Shown one piece after another: positions 51,331 to 64,000 of a stretch of 64,000 nt of DNA. The notes below the pieces were generated by a model. It was not told where the DNA came from, made no database searches, and saw nothing but the letters and a program-made list of their open reading frames with translations. The DNA lies in contig OX597831.1 in assembly GCA_951406725.2 (NCBI GenBank), positions 72,292,001 through 72,356,000 on the forward strand. The letters run 5' to 3'. Every line of letters begins with the position of its first letter. Position 1 is the stretch's first letter. Source of the stretch: Octopus vulgaris (Eukaryota). Made by a program: the position numbers and the translations under genes.

Positions 51331-51335
<5 letters not shown>
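48097..51335 (-). mobile_element. extremely AT-rich Penelope-like element: GIY-YIG remnant, long 3' region, hammerhead, inverted terminal pLTR piece
   Basis: KIWLIVPY...CTCRDKSKCNLNNKCDTNDVVYKC...YIGSTSSKIKLRI...STGLSKYIWRLK...WEII...CYLC...KCRH (~50340-51080); 53-bp inverted repeat 48097-48149 / 51198-51250. Confidence 0.88.
48230..48293 (-). ncRNA. hammerhead ribozyme (type I, canonical core)
   Basis: CAC-CTGATGA-ATGACTGCAACT...AGTTAGCAGGCAT-GAAA-CGATCG-TA-GTG; predicted cleavage after GUA. Confidence 0.8.
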
Positions 51336-51392
<57 letters not shown>

Positions 51393-51532
51393 CCAGTAAG
51401 TTATGGGGATATAAATAAACGAACAGCAGTGATGAGGGTGAAACACAGAAACAAAGTCACACACATACACTTACATATATATATGCATATATATATATAC
51501 GATTGATTTCTTTAAGTTTGTGTCTACTAAAT

Positions 51533-51575
<43 letters not shown>

Positions 51576-52644
51576 TGTAAATTTATTCTCTCTAGCTACG
51601 TATCAGTATAGTGGTCATTTGCAAACTCCAGAGGTGACACTTTCATTTCTCCTTAGCCCTCACGTCACACAGTTCTTACCGTTTATTTCATTTGGGTCAC
51701 GCCCTGGATCACATCGACCCCAGTACTTGAATGGTACTTAATTTATCGACCCCGAAAAGATGAAAGGCAAAGGTGACCTCGAGGGTATTTGAACTCATAA
51801 CGTAAAGACAGACGAAATACCGCTGAGCATTCTGTTCGGCGTGATAAGGATTCTGCCAGATCGCCACCTTAAAAGAGATATATAATAACAGATAATAACT
51901 TTATTTATAAAAACAAAAATGCTATGAGGATAAAAATAAACCTTCTTTTCTTTAATGTTATACAATGCATACAAGATTCCACAGCTCTTGCGTCAGTCCT
52001 TCATAATCAGCTTATGAACATTTTATCCCATCCTTGTACGTTGATTGAATAATGATATTCATAAGTGAGCAAAAACAAGTAATTTTACTTGAAAATGCCA
52101 ACCTGCATTAAAAATTAGAACTGGTGAATTCATTGATTAGGTGTGAATATATGAGTATACTTGTGAGTATGGGAATGTGTGTGAGTATGAGCATGTGTAA
52201 GTGTATGTACGTTTGTGAGAATTCTGGCATTCTGACATTCTGGCATTTTGGCAATGAAGAATTGTAGCGAGGATTTTGAATGACATAAACATTATGCATA
52301 TGTATTATGTAATTTGCCGTGATAATTGCTTTCCATTTTATGGGTTTTTTTTAAAATAAATAACTTGTATATAAAAGCGCAATTGAATGGACAGAGTATA
52401 GTTGCGTGGCCAAATGATTAGGATACTGTGATCACGACTATGAGCTTGTGGGTTCGATATTTTACACTGAGTCTGCCGCTGAGTAACTCACTTCAGTTAG
52501 CGTTGCGCTAGTCCATGTGAATTTTCAATTTTAAGCATTTAGAGTGTCTTCTTAGACATTAGATAACTAAGAGATACCACCCACATTTAAAATAACAGGT
52601 AGGTTAGCGTTAGCATTTTATGTATAGTTCATTATAATATAGAC

Positions 52645-52800
52645 ACAGGCATGTTTGTGTGGTAGGAATTTACTTCACAACCACTAGGTGCCGGATTCAG
52701 TTCTCCTGCGTAGCACCTTAGACAAGCGTCTTCTATTATAGCTCCGGGTCGACCGAGACTTTGTGAGTGAATTTGATAGAAGGAAACTGAAAGAAGTATG

Positions 52801-52844
<44 letters not shown>

Positions 52845-53587
52845 CTAGCAGAGTTACCCGGCGTTGCCCGTCTTACATGCAGTTGAAGAAATAGACTTTT
52901 CTGTTATATTTTCTGTAATGAACTAGAATATCTATCTTTCGAAATTCATCAAAAATTGCAGATGAGGGTTATTTCCCTCTTTACACACCCAAACAAAATT
53001 GTAATCGTGCCACATGTATCCCATACTACTGATTTTTATGCGCATATTCCAAAATTCTAGTCTTAAAGAAACTGTTAAAAGGATTTTGCTCCTGAAAAAT
53101 GGAGGTCATGAAGCTCTAAAATGTGAGAGTTAAGGCCTCTGTTGGGGGTGGGCGTCTTAATGTCAACCAGAGAAGTTGAATTGTTGAGAATCTTTTTAAC
53201 TTGGGTCCTATATCTATTGTTTGAATTTCTTTGAAATAGGAAATATATGTTCACTGAGTTTGTAAAAGAGAGCAAAGCTACAGGAAACCAAAAGACGAAT
53301 GAGCACAATAAGCATTCAGCTACCCTACCCTAGTCGTTACCGGAGTCGTTTTGAGGCCGTAGTGGATACTCAGGGCAGCCACTTACTGAGAACCGTCATC
53401 TCCCAGCCATGATCAAATTGATATTTTCTGTTTTTTTAAAAATACTTTTGTTTTTGGATGGGGTATTCTGTGTTTATTATTTCGCTTTATGCAGCCTTCC
53501 AAATTTAATACGAATACCCTGTATTTATACGTTTCAGCTCTAAGGCCGTAAGCATGCTGGGGCATGTGTGTGTGTGTGCGCGCGCGC

Positions 53588-53623
<36 letters not shown>

Positions 53624-53820
53624 GTATGTCTGTGTTTGTCCAATGCTTGACAACTGGTGTTGATTTGTGTACTTCCCCGTTACCTAGAGGTTCGGCAAAA
53701 GAGAACAATAAAATAAGTACCAGATTTTTATAAATAAGTGCTGGAGTCGATTAATTCAACTAAAGCTCTTCAAGGCCGTGACCCACATCGGCTGCTGTCT
53801 GACGACTGAAACAATTAAGA
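52645..53820 (+). mobile_element. diverged SINE A split at its internal microsatellite by a Helitron
   Basis: 5' half at 52645-52802, 3' half at ~53560-53820. Confidence 0.65.
52845..53540 (-). mobile_element. non-autonomous Helitron (3' end clear, 5' end not located)
   Basis: ACTAGCAGAGTTACCCGGCGTTGCCCGT = reverse complement of hairpin + CTAG|T. Confidence 0.6.
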
Positions 53821-54213
53821 CATAGAAAAGGAATTTATTGAAATCATTGACTTATTTGATCATGAAACAATTCTATTTCACTTCGTCAATCCATGTGCAA
53901 CCTTGTTCATTTACTCTGTAGTTCATTCTCCAATATTAACACGGTAACAGCAGTGAAGGGTATGCTTTGCTGACAATGAAATAATAAAATCAATACGTAT
54001 AAAATGTTGTATCCAGTCATTGTCAGAGAAAAGGAAAATAATATGGCATAGGCGCAGGGATGGTTATGTGACTGCTCGGCACCTTGGGCAATGTTTTCTA
54101 CAATAGCCCCAAGCCGACCAATGCCTCGTGAGTCGATTTGGTAGACGGAACCTCATCGTGTTTGTGCATATGTATGTACATACACACACACATACAGTTA
54201 AATGAAGAAGAAA

Positions 54214-54928
54214 TGGAGATAAGGAAGTTAACAAATTGGTCGTCTTCACTTCCTACAGCCGTTTTAATTAATACTCAATAATTTACTTGCAAATTTGTAC
54301 ATTAAATTTGCGTTTATGTGACATAAGCATAATTTCATCAGAGAGATAAAAAAAAAGATACCTTGGGATGTTATATGTGAACCTATGAATTCATTTCGGC
54401 ATATAATAATACAAATCATGAACCGTAATATTCAGTCTGCTGAAATGAATTGATAGGTCCACATATAATCCCAAGGTATCTTTTTTTTTCTCAGATAAAA
54501 TTATGCTCATGTCACATAAATGCAAATCTTTATATATAAAAGTGAAGCTGTGTGAGAGTCTGTCTACTCCGATTTAGATTCCTAACTACTCCCACATTTT
54601 GTGGTGCAGTTTAACCAAAAGCGGGTATCTTATAGTCGTGATTCATATCGAGCCATTCTGGGTATTAGCGCGCGTCTATGATGAGTCTACGATTTAAAAG
54701 AAAATTACCATCATTTTTCCGCATTTTTTGCTCGGTTTATATAAGGGAAGTAACTCTCTAAAAATGCTTATATAGTTATTTCCCTTACAAACCCGAGCAA
54801 CTCCGGGCGATACTGCTAGTTTAATATACAAATTTGTAATTAAATTATTGAGTATTAATTGAAACGGCTGTAAGAAGCGAAGATGACCAATTTGTTAAGA
54901 ATAAATAATTGTTAACTTCCTTATCTCC
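54214..54928. repeat. foldback element with ~190-bp imperfect arms
   Basis: GGAGATAAGGAAGTTAACAA...ACAGCCGTTT...TATGTGACAT...GATACCTTGGGA mirrored at 54440-54526 and 54820-54928. Confidence 0.88.
54527..54819 (+). mobile_element. complete 293-bp non-autonomous Helitron
   Basis: A|TCTTTATATATAAAA...CCCGAGCAACTCCGGG-CGATACTG-CTAG|T; no TSD. Confidence 0.92.
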
Positions 54929-55614
54929 GTTTGGGCTTCTTTTAACTAGATATAAACTATATGCCTAACATATGCCTATTGCTTTAAGGGAATTTCATTC
55001 CCCAACAATACTAGGTATTGAATCAGCATTTTCCTGGTTATCATATCCTCTAATTAAATTTATATATGCATGCATGTGTGGAAGTGTATATGTGTATAGG
55101 ATGCATACAGGTGTGTCTTTTGTATATGTGTTTGTTCCCACTCCATCTACTGACAACCAGTGTTCATGTCTTTGCAACTTAGCGGCTCGGCAAAAAGGCA
55201 AGTAGAATAAATACTAGAATTTTTAAACATAAGTCCTGGGTTCGATTTGTTCGACTAAACCCTCAAGGCGATGCCTCAACATTGCCGCAGTTGAATGACT
55301 GAAGAAAATAAAGAAGATATAAATATCGTTTCTAAAACTCCATTCTGTTTTCATTGGACATGCGGCCCAGCTGGGGTAGTACCTTCAGAAGTTCAGTCGA
55401 TCATATCCAACTCATGTCCAACATTTTGAGTCTTATACTTAATTTATCGTATCTATTTGTCGGAGCGCTAAGTTACGGGTCATAAAATAAACAACTCAGG
55501 TATATTTTGTTTTTTCTTTTTAAAACAGTAGAGTTTGATTTGAGGGAAATTTAGCTAGGATTTCTTAAAGGCCAAGCTACCATGTAATGGTCCCGCCAAT
55601 GATCCCTTGATTTA

Positions 55615-55841
55615 TTCTCTCTTTTTACTCTTTTACTTGTTTCAGTCATTTGATTGCGGCCATGCTGGAGCACCGCCTTTAGTCGAGAAAATCGACCCTG
55701 GGACTTATTCTTTGTAAGCCCAGTACTCATTCTATCGGTCTCTTTTGCCGAACCGCTAAGTTACGGGGACGTAAACGCACCAGCATCGGTTGTCAAGCAA
55801 TGCTAGGGGGACAAACACAGACACACAAACACACGCACACA

Positions 55842-55887
<46 letters not shown>

Positions 55888-56052
55888 CACGACAGGCTTC
55901 TTTCAGTTTCCGTCTACCAAATCCACTCACAAGGCATTGGTCGGCCCGGGGCTATAGCAGAAGATACTTGCCCAAGATGCCACGCAGTGGGACTGAACCC
56001 GGAACCATGTGGTTGGTTAGCAAGCTACTTACAACACAGCCACTCCTGCGCC
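55615..56052 (-). mobile_element. SINE family A, full length
   Basis: Reverse complement of the 19276 type. Confidence 0.9.
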
Positions 56053-57134
56053 TTTATTTGTTTCAATATACAAGGAAATTACAAAAACAAAATGAGTGAA
56101 ATAAATCGTTCTGCAGCCAAAGAAATGCTCAAAGGTGTGCAAATCGAATTCATAAAATATTTCTAACCCCTCAAAATAGATAAAACTTGATCCCCACTAT
56201 GCTTATTTGTGGGGTGGGGCGGGGCTGAAGGATTCATTTTACTTAAAGAAAACTAGGACATTGGTTGATTGTCATTGTTTTATTTTTTCCAGTGGTTTTA
56301 TTCATTCGACCGTGACCATGCATGTCTACCACTCCCAAAAGTATTCTTGGGTCAGTCATATCGATCCGAGTTTGTATTTCAGTTTCCAGCATGCTTTATT
56401 GTTTTTTTCAATAATCGAACTGCTGTCAGCTGATGAAAGGGATGCAATTTTACGCACCGCTTATACACAAAAGTACATGAACATACACACACCCGCATGC
56501 ATGCATGCACGTTCACATATAATGTTTGGCAGAAAAAAAGAAAAGGTAAAAAAGAACTCAATACATAAGTATATACCTTTTCATTATTTTTTATCGGCAG
56601 TCGAAAGTTTTGTGCATATCATGTACGAAGCATGCACACACACACACACACACATACATACATACATACATACATACATACATACATACATACACACACA
56701 CACGCACATACATACATACATACATACATACATACATACATACATACATACATACATACATACATACATACATACGTACGTACGTACGTACGTACATACA
56801 TACATACATACATACGTACGTACATACATACATACATACATACATGCATACATACATACATACATTCATTCATACATACATACATACACACACACATGCA
56901 TGCATACATACATACATACATACACACACACATACATACATACATACATACATACACACACATACTTACATACATACATACACACATACACACATACATA
57001 CATACATACATACATACATACATACATACATACATACATACATGCATACACACATACATACATACATACATACATACATACATACATACATACATACATA
57101 CATACATACATACATACATACATACATACATGGT

Positions 57135-59012
57135 GGTTGTCTACTCTTTATGCAGAGTTTGACCATCTCTTGTACCCACACCTTTGAACCATCATGGCAT
57201 CAGATATAGCTTTTTAAACCAGACAATGTCTTGAAAGACCCCCACATAGATTGCATATCCGATTTGAACCACCAAGAGCTGCATTTAAGTTCTGATCTTT
57301 GTGGATCTTAGAATATCTTTTCATGCCTCCGTTAGATTTTCAGACCTTCTGGCATACACGGCATTGAAAGGTGCGCACAGATATATAGACAGAATAGTTG
57401 GTGGATTAGGCGGCGAGCTGGCAGAACTGTTAACACGCCAGGCGGAATACTTAGCAGTACTTCGCCTGCCCCTACGTTCTGAGTTCAAATTCCACCGAGG
57501 TCGACTTTGCCTTTCATCTATTCGGGGTCGATTAAATAAGTATCAGTTACGCACTGAGGTCGATGTAATCGACTTAATCCCTTTGTCTGTCCTCGTTTGT
57601 CCCCTCTATGTTTAGCCCCCTATGGGCAATAAAGAAATAAGAATAGTTGGTGGATGTTCGTTTTCCATGAGTTCGCAAATGAGATTTGAGCCCATCAAAA
57701 GAAAGATATGGTCAGTCACAAACTTTGCACAAAAAAGGGTCACTGTAATTCACCTTCTCGATTGTAACATTCTTCCTTAAAATTTCTCTCGGGTCTTGCA
57801 TGCGTTATCCTGGCCTCTTCAGAAGCTTCACTCCACTCCTCGCCATGCAGCTCGATCCGAAGTAAGGGTTTCTAAGTCCTGTGGATCCATTCCAAGTGAC
57901 TTCATAGTAGTCCTTATGCCGTCCTTAAACCCTTTTTTAGGTTTACACTGATAATGTTTCCTCTCTACAAGCACACCATGAAGCAGCTTTTTGGGCGTAC
58001 GTTCATCCGCCATTTGAACAATATGGCCACACCATCACATTTGGATTTTCGAAATCAAAGTTCTAATTGAGGTGATGCCTGCAAATGCAATGGCATCTGT
58101 GTTTGGAGTAAAATAACTTTATTTAATGTTTAAAATGCGATGAAGGCATTTTTGGTGGAATTGTTCAAACAATTTGAAATGTCTTTCATATGTCCATGCT
58201 CCAGAAGAATACAACAGGGATGATAAAAGAAATGATTTGTAAAGAGCCAATTTTATATTGTTATTTATATATCGTTGGCACCAAACGCGTGACTCCCAGC
58301 CATCAAATGCTTGCGCTGCCCTTTGAATTCGCAGATGTATTTCTGTATCAAGATTTCCATCATCTTGAACAGAGTTTCCAAGGTAGATGAAAGAATCGAC
58401 AACCTCAAGTAACTTACCCTTAACAAAAATTTTAGTGGGGTTACAAACAGCACCACATGCAGGTTGATACATTACAGCTGATTTTTGCAAGTTGATGGTC
58501 AAGCCAAAACCATCACAAGCTGAGACAAATGCAGAAACAAGAGATTGCAGACCTGTTTCAGAATGACTGACAAGATCGCAATCATCAGCATATAAAAGTT
58601 CCCTAACGAGTGAAGTAAAACCTTTGTTTTGAATTTCAAGTCTGGTCAGATTAAAAACATTCCCTGTTGTTCGATATTTTATGTAAATACCCTCCTCGGA
58701 GTTTTGAAAAGCGTGTGAAAACACAATAGCAAAGTATATTGCAAAGAGGGTGGGTGCATCAAAGTCTCCTTGCTTTACTCCATTTTCCACAGCGAACTGT
58801 TCAGAGAGCCTACCACCAATATTAACTCTAGCTTTCATATATTGATGCAAAGCCCTGATCGTGTTCACAAATTTTTCTGGGCAACCTATTTTCCTTAGAA
58901 TTAGCCACAGAGAATTTCGATTAACAGTATCGAATACTGTACTCAAATCAACAAAGCAGTGGTATATGGCAAGATTCTGTTCAATGCACTTTTCTTGCAA
59001 TTGTCTGATAGT
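57135..59012 (-). mobile_element. RTE-clade LINE RT remnant, 5' truncated
   Basis: QEKCIEQN...FVDLSTVFDTVNR..LW..L...GCPEKF...GVKQG...PTLF...RELLYADD...FGLTINLQKS...FIYLG...MADERTPKKLLHG...DRAAWR. Confidence 0.92.
57407..57639 (+). mobile_element. SINE family B inserted in the RTE
   Basis: 16-bp TSD AGAATAGTTGGTGGAT at 57391-57406 and 57640-57655. Confidence 0.92.
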
Positions 59013-59301
59013 AAAGATCCAATGGATAAATATATATATATATATGTTGAGAAAAAAGTCGTCAGAATTTTGGAAAATAACTTTTTATTCTTTCATTATT
59101 ATTAGAGCTTTCGTTTCTTTTCGCGAATTTGTGTCAAATAAAATTTTGTGAATGTACAAACAACTTGTTCATTTATATAAAACAGGTGTATTTTAGGGGT
59201 TTTGTTTCGAAGAGAACATTGTTTTTTGCGAGGAGGGGTAAGTTCCATGACAATGGAGACAGATAGATAGGCTGGTAGATAGATATCTAGATATATAGAT
59301 T

Positions 59302-59354
<53 letters not shown>

Positions 59355-59754
59355 ATTCTCTTCCTTTTCACCATTTATTTATTTATTTAGTCTTTTACCA
59401 TTGTTTTGGAATGAGTTTAAGGAAGGTGACCTCTTCAAAAAGCAAAATCAGGTGTCGTGTGGTCATCACTGAAAGTCTTTTTGCTTTCTTTCTCTCTCTC
59501 CCTCTTTTTCTCTTTTAATCTTTCCTTTTTTTTCTTTCTTGTCTCTCTTTTCTTTCCTTCTTTTTTCTCTTTTCCCCCTTTTCTCTTTCTTTTCTCTTCT
59601 TTCCTTCTTTTTTCCTTTTTCTTTCTTTGTCTCCTCTTTGAGTTGTATTTAGAATACAAAATCTATTGTCTCCCGTTTTCTTTCAAACATTCAATTTTGG
59701 AGAGAATCCCTTGATGAAAAGTAGTTCCGCATGAAAAAAATATTAATATAATGA

Positions 59755-59924
59755 ATGGCTACGTGGTAAGTAGCTTGCTTACGAACCACATGGTTCTGGG
59801 TTCAGTCCCACTGCGTGGAACCTTGGGCAAGTGTCTTCTACTATAGCCTCGGCCCGACCAAAACCTTGTGAGTGGATTTGGTAGACGGAAACTGAGAGAA
59901 GCCCGCCGTATATATGTATATATG

Positions 59925-59979
<55 letters not shown>

Positions 59980-60190
59980 TTGAGTGTCTGTGTTTGTCCC
60001 CCCAACATCGTTTGACAACCGATGTTGGTGTGTTTACGTCCCCGTAACTTAGCGGTTCGGCAAAAGAGACCGATAGAATAAGTGCTAGGCTTACAAAGAA
60101 TAAGTCTTGGGGTCGATGTGCTCGACTAAAGGCGGTGCTCCAGCATGGCCACAGTCAAATGACTGAGACAAGTAAAAGAGTAAAATAGTA
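59755..60190 (+). mobile_element. SINE family A
   Basis: Family motifs and internal microsatellite. Confidence 0.88.
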
Positions 60191-60261
60191 AATTAAAAAT
60201 TAAATAAATACAATTAATATTTATCTATCTATCTATCCGTCTATCCATCCATCTATATCAA

Positions 60262-60298
<37 letters not shown>

Positions 60299-60451
60299 GC
60301 AAAGCTAGAACATCCCAATGCTACACACATATATCCCTGAACATTAGTAGAGATGAGCCACATTTGGATTAAAAAATGCAAATTCTCCGCTTTACCTTGA
60401 AACATTCAATTTTGGAGAGAATCCCTTGATGAAGTGTGTGTGTGTGTGTGC

Positions 60452-60505
<54 letters not shown>

Positions 60506-60529
60506 GTGTGTGTGTGTCTTTGGAAACAT

Positions 60530-60800
60530 GTCCAGATACCAGGAAACCCCAAAATAGCAGAACTTCAAAAGATAGTGCTCATGGGAACTGCCCATATCCT
60601 ATGTAAAATACTGTCTATGTAATCTCAAATTTTTAAACAAGCTTATAATTTTCTTATGTTTTCTTAATTATACTATGTGTAAAACCAAAAATATGGTACT
60701 CTAGTCATAACACCAACATGAACTTCTAACTTGTTTCTTGAGGTCTCTAGGTGAGACTTGGAGTCAACTTGTACAAATACAAAGCAAAAGTCAAACATAT
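60530..60800 (+). mobile_element. 3' tip of the R4/Dong-type LINE
   Basis: QIPGNPKIAELQKIVLMGTAHILCKILSM* matches the end of ORF 38341..39105; 3' UTR ...CAAAAGTCAAACAT then (GAT)n(AAT)n. Confidence 0.9.
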
Positions 60801-60816
60801 GATGATGATGATGATG

Positions 60817-60865
<49 letters not shown>

Positions 60866-61199
60866 TGATTTCATTCATTTGCCACCAGGGCGAAGGCTGA
60901 GTGAGACAATACAAAACAAACATAAAGTGTGGGAGGGTTACATATAATGAAAGGATAAAATAAATAAATAAACAAAAAAGATATAAGTATGCATAATATA
61001 CAAGGAAAAGGTGGGGGTGGGGAATATACATATACAGCGGTGGTGCCCTAGTATGGCCGTGGCCTTCGGGCTAAAACATTTTAAAGGATTTTTAAGGATT
61101 TTAAGGAATATACAAAGATAACAAAAAGAAAAAAAGCGGCGGATGTTAGAAATGTAGTGCTCCTGATACATGATAATCTAAGATCTGCAGGATCTCTGG

Positions 61200-63340
61200 A
61201 GATAATCTAGGATCTCTAGGACCTGTTGGGATAATCGAGGTACTCCATTGTCCGGGACCTCCTTGAATATCAAGGGCAAGTGTCCTCTCCAGTTCCCTTT
61301 CTTCGACTCACAGGTTTACCCGTAGAAAGGTACCTTCCACTCTTGCCATTTTCGTAACTTTCGTGGAGGTGCAATGGCCCAGTGGTTAGGGCAGCGGACT
61401 CGCGGTCGTAGGATCGCGGTTTCGATTCCCAGACTGGGCGTTGTGAGTGTTTATTGAGCGAAAACATCTAAAGCTCCACGAGGCTCCGGCAGGGGATGGT
61501 GGTGATCCCTGCTGTACTCTTTCACCACAACTTTCTCTCACTCTTACTTCCTGTTTCTGTTGTACCTGTATTTCAAAGGGTCGGCCTTGTCACTCTCTGT
61601 GTCACGCTGAATATCCCCGAGAACTACGTTAAAGGTGCATGTGTCTGTGAAGTGCTCGGCCACTTACACGTTAATTTCACGAGCAGGCTGTTCCATTGAT
61701 CGGATCAACCGGAACCCTCGTCGTCGTAACCGACGGAGTGCTTCCTTCCTTTTCCTAACTTTCACCCAGCTTTCAATAAACCCACCCGAGGACAGCACTT
61801 CCCTCTCCACTCTCAGTTTCCTTTTCAAGTGAAACTTGAAGAAGTCAATGAGACGGCTACCAAAGAGAAATGCAGCTATCCTCATGCCCTTCAGCTTCGT
61901 CCACCAGACAACCACTTTCGCCACAGCCACCGGACAAAAGAAAACTGCCTTGCCTGTCCGATTAAAGGAAGACGGCGGAGGAATCATCACTATGAACGCG
62001 ACTGATAGACGGATACGTCCCACACATGACAGCAGCTGTTCGACATTACCCGACAAGTCAGCAATACCCGGACACTGAACGAATGCATCGTGCAGAACGG
62101 TTTCGTCACTCTGCGCGCATCTCCGTCAATCCCATCTGACAGCACATCCGTTCCTATAGCCAGGCAAACGACATCTGGAAATTATCATGATAGTTCCCGA
62201 CCGGAAAGTACTCCGGAACAGACTGGCCAGTTCGTTTTTGTCGACGTCTAGAGTCTCTTCGAGAACGTCGTCGCACTTCCCCGTCACTAATCCTCTATAA
62301 ATTCCTAAAGAGGAACATCCGACGATCCCATTGCCAGACTAGTAGAGGGATGTGAGTTCCTGAGGACATTCTGGGTGCCAGGCACCCAGTCTTGGTTTTT
62401 TCCTCACCCAGGACCGCAGATCTGTCAAGAAGACGAGCTGTGGAAAGACGTGCTTCACAAACGGAGCCCACACACGCTCGCCATCCAGAAATCGTTGCAG
62501 GTGGGGCAAGCTAAAAGTGTGTCGTGTCTGCACATTAGAAGCCACGGCATACCTAATTCGCCATTTAGAAGGTGCTGACAAGAAACTGACCGCCTGACCA
62601 TCGGAACGCGTCTGTTCCACAATAATTTAAATAAGAAAAAGCGGCAGCAGGCAGCTCTGACGGGCCGAGCGTGCGATGTTAAATGGTTCTGTTAGGTGGC
62701 CATTTACTTTGAAAACTGAGGTTGTGCTACTGTGCATTGCAGCGATCCAGCCTCTGAAAACGGGTCCGAAACTGTCTGCTTTGAGGACGGCTGGGATCAA
62801 AGCAGGCTTCGAGGGTGCTCTGATCACTTTGTATCGATCTAAAGTATTCGATTGGGTCGACCAGTGCTACTTGGAAGTGATGATGTATCGCATAAGGTGG
62901 AGGTTGTCGTAGCTGGATCTGTTCAGGATTGCGCACATTTGCGCTTCCCTGACCAGGGCACCGACAACAAGCGCCAACCTTTTCGCCAACACCTTGGTCA
63001 AAATCTTAAACACTGTGTTTAGTAGAGTTATGGGCCGAAAATTCCATAGTGGGTCTCCATTGTCGGCGTCCTTTCTCAGCAGTGTCACCACACCCCAGAT
63101 GACAGCGCTAGGAATTCTCCCGTTCTGTTATCAGTTGCGGTCAAACAAATCTGGCATGAATACATAGAATTCATAGGGCAGGCTATCCAAACCGGACGAT
63201 TTGCGACTTGTTCAATCGTTCATCACCTCCGAATTTCAGCGGCTGTTATCGGCTTTTTACACAAACTCGCGTTAGCTGGCGAAAGCCGCGGCATGCAATC
63301 CAGGTACGAACTAAAGTCCACCATCGTCGTCGACCCTTCG
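61200..63340 (-). mobile_element. L1/Tx1-like LINE ORF2 remnant, interrupted by SINE C
   Basis: VTLLRKD...NFRPITLLNTVFKILTKVLAKRL...DNLHLMRYII...FKVNGHLTEPFNIARSARQSC; C-terminus FFKFHLKRKLRVER. Confidence 0.82.
61363..61750 (+). mobile_element. SINE family C
   Basis: Highly similar to the 28540 and 30003 copies; probable TSD TAACTTTC. Confidence 0.9.
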
Positions 63341-63499
63341 ATCCAACCCATGACTGAATCAAGTAAAAGGATAAAAGAATAAAAGAACATGATATATCAT
63401 CTCACCAATGTAATACGGATGTAACGATGTATGGAAACAATTGTAGTGATGTGAAATAAAGAATATCTTTCAATCCATTCTTTCTTATTCATCTCTTTA

Positions 63500-64000
63500 T
63501 AAATACGGAATTTGAGCTCAGGACGTAAAGGCCGACGAAATGACGGTAAGCATTTTACCCGGTGAGGTAACGATTACCCGGTGAGGTAACGTCACCTTTT
63601 TAAACTGATTCCTGTTCCTTTCAACTATTGGCACAAGGCCTTATATTTTTAGGGAAGGGAGTTCCTTTCAACTAGGCTTTATATTTTTAGGGAAGGGAGT
63701 AAGTTGATTACATCGATTCCAGTGCTGAACAGGTATTTATTTTATCGATCTCGAAATAATGAAAGGTAAGGTCGACCGCGGCGGAATTCGAATTCAGAAC
63801 GTAAAGCCGGATGAAATGCTGTTAAGCATTTTGACCGGCGCGGTAATGATTCTGCCAATTCGCTGTCTTTTGGTTTTTCATTGATTCGTACTCTTTTACT
63901 TGTTTCAGTCATTTGACTGCGGCCATGCTGGAGCACCGCCTTTTAATCGAGCAACTCGACCCCGGGACTTATTCTTTTGTAAGCCCAGTACTTATTCTAT
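63500..64000 (-). mobile_element. diverged SINE B fragments and SINE A 3' end (runs off the window)
   Basis: Family motifs. Confidence 0.75.

Overview
Repeat-saturated animal DNA, intronic or intergenic, with no recognisable host exon. The SINE families and microsatellite density suggest an octopus or other cephalopod (inference, not checked). The window is a nested mosaic of: Penelope-like elements (PLEs; at least 7 remnants, one with a nearly intact RT + GIY-YIG); Helitrons (3' hairpin-CTAG ends, RepHel fragments); a Ty3/Gypsy pol remnant and a solo LTR; mariner/Tc1 and Mutator remnants; R4/Dong-type RLE, RTE, Jockey-like and Tx1/L1-like LINE fragments; three abundant tRNA-derived SINE families; and very many microsatellites. 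The main signal is more than a dozen hammerhead-ribozyme-like motifs, found by eye, nearly all with a self-complementary helix III. Some lie in PLE pseudo-LTRs, others in short non-coding units or foldback elements sitting in (TA)n tracts, including a recent 565-bp inverted duplication centred on a highly structured ~120-nt element. Most ORFs in the supplied track are microsatellite artefacts. Coordinates were read manually and may be off by a few bases.
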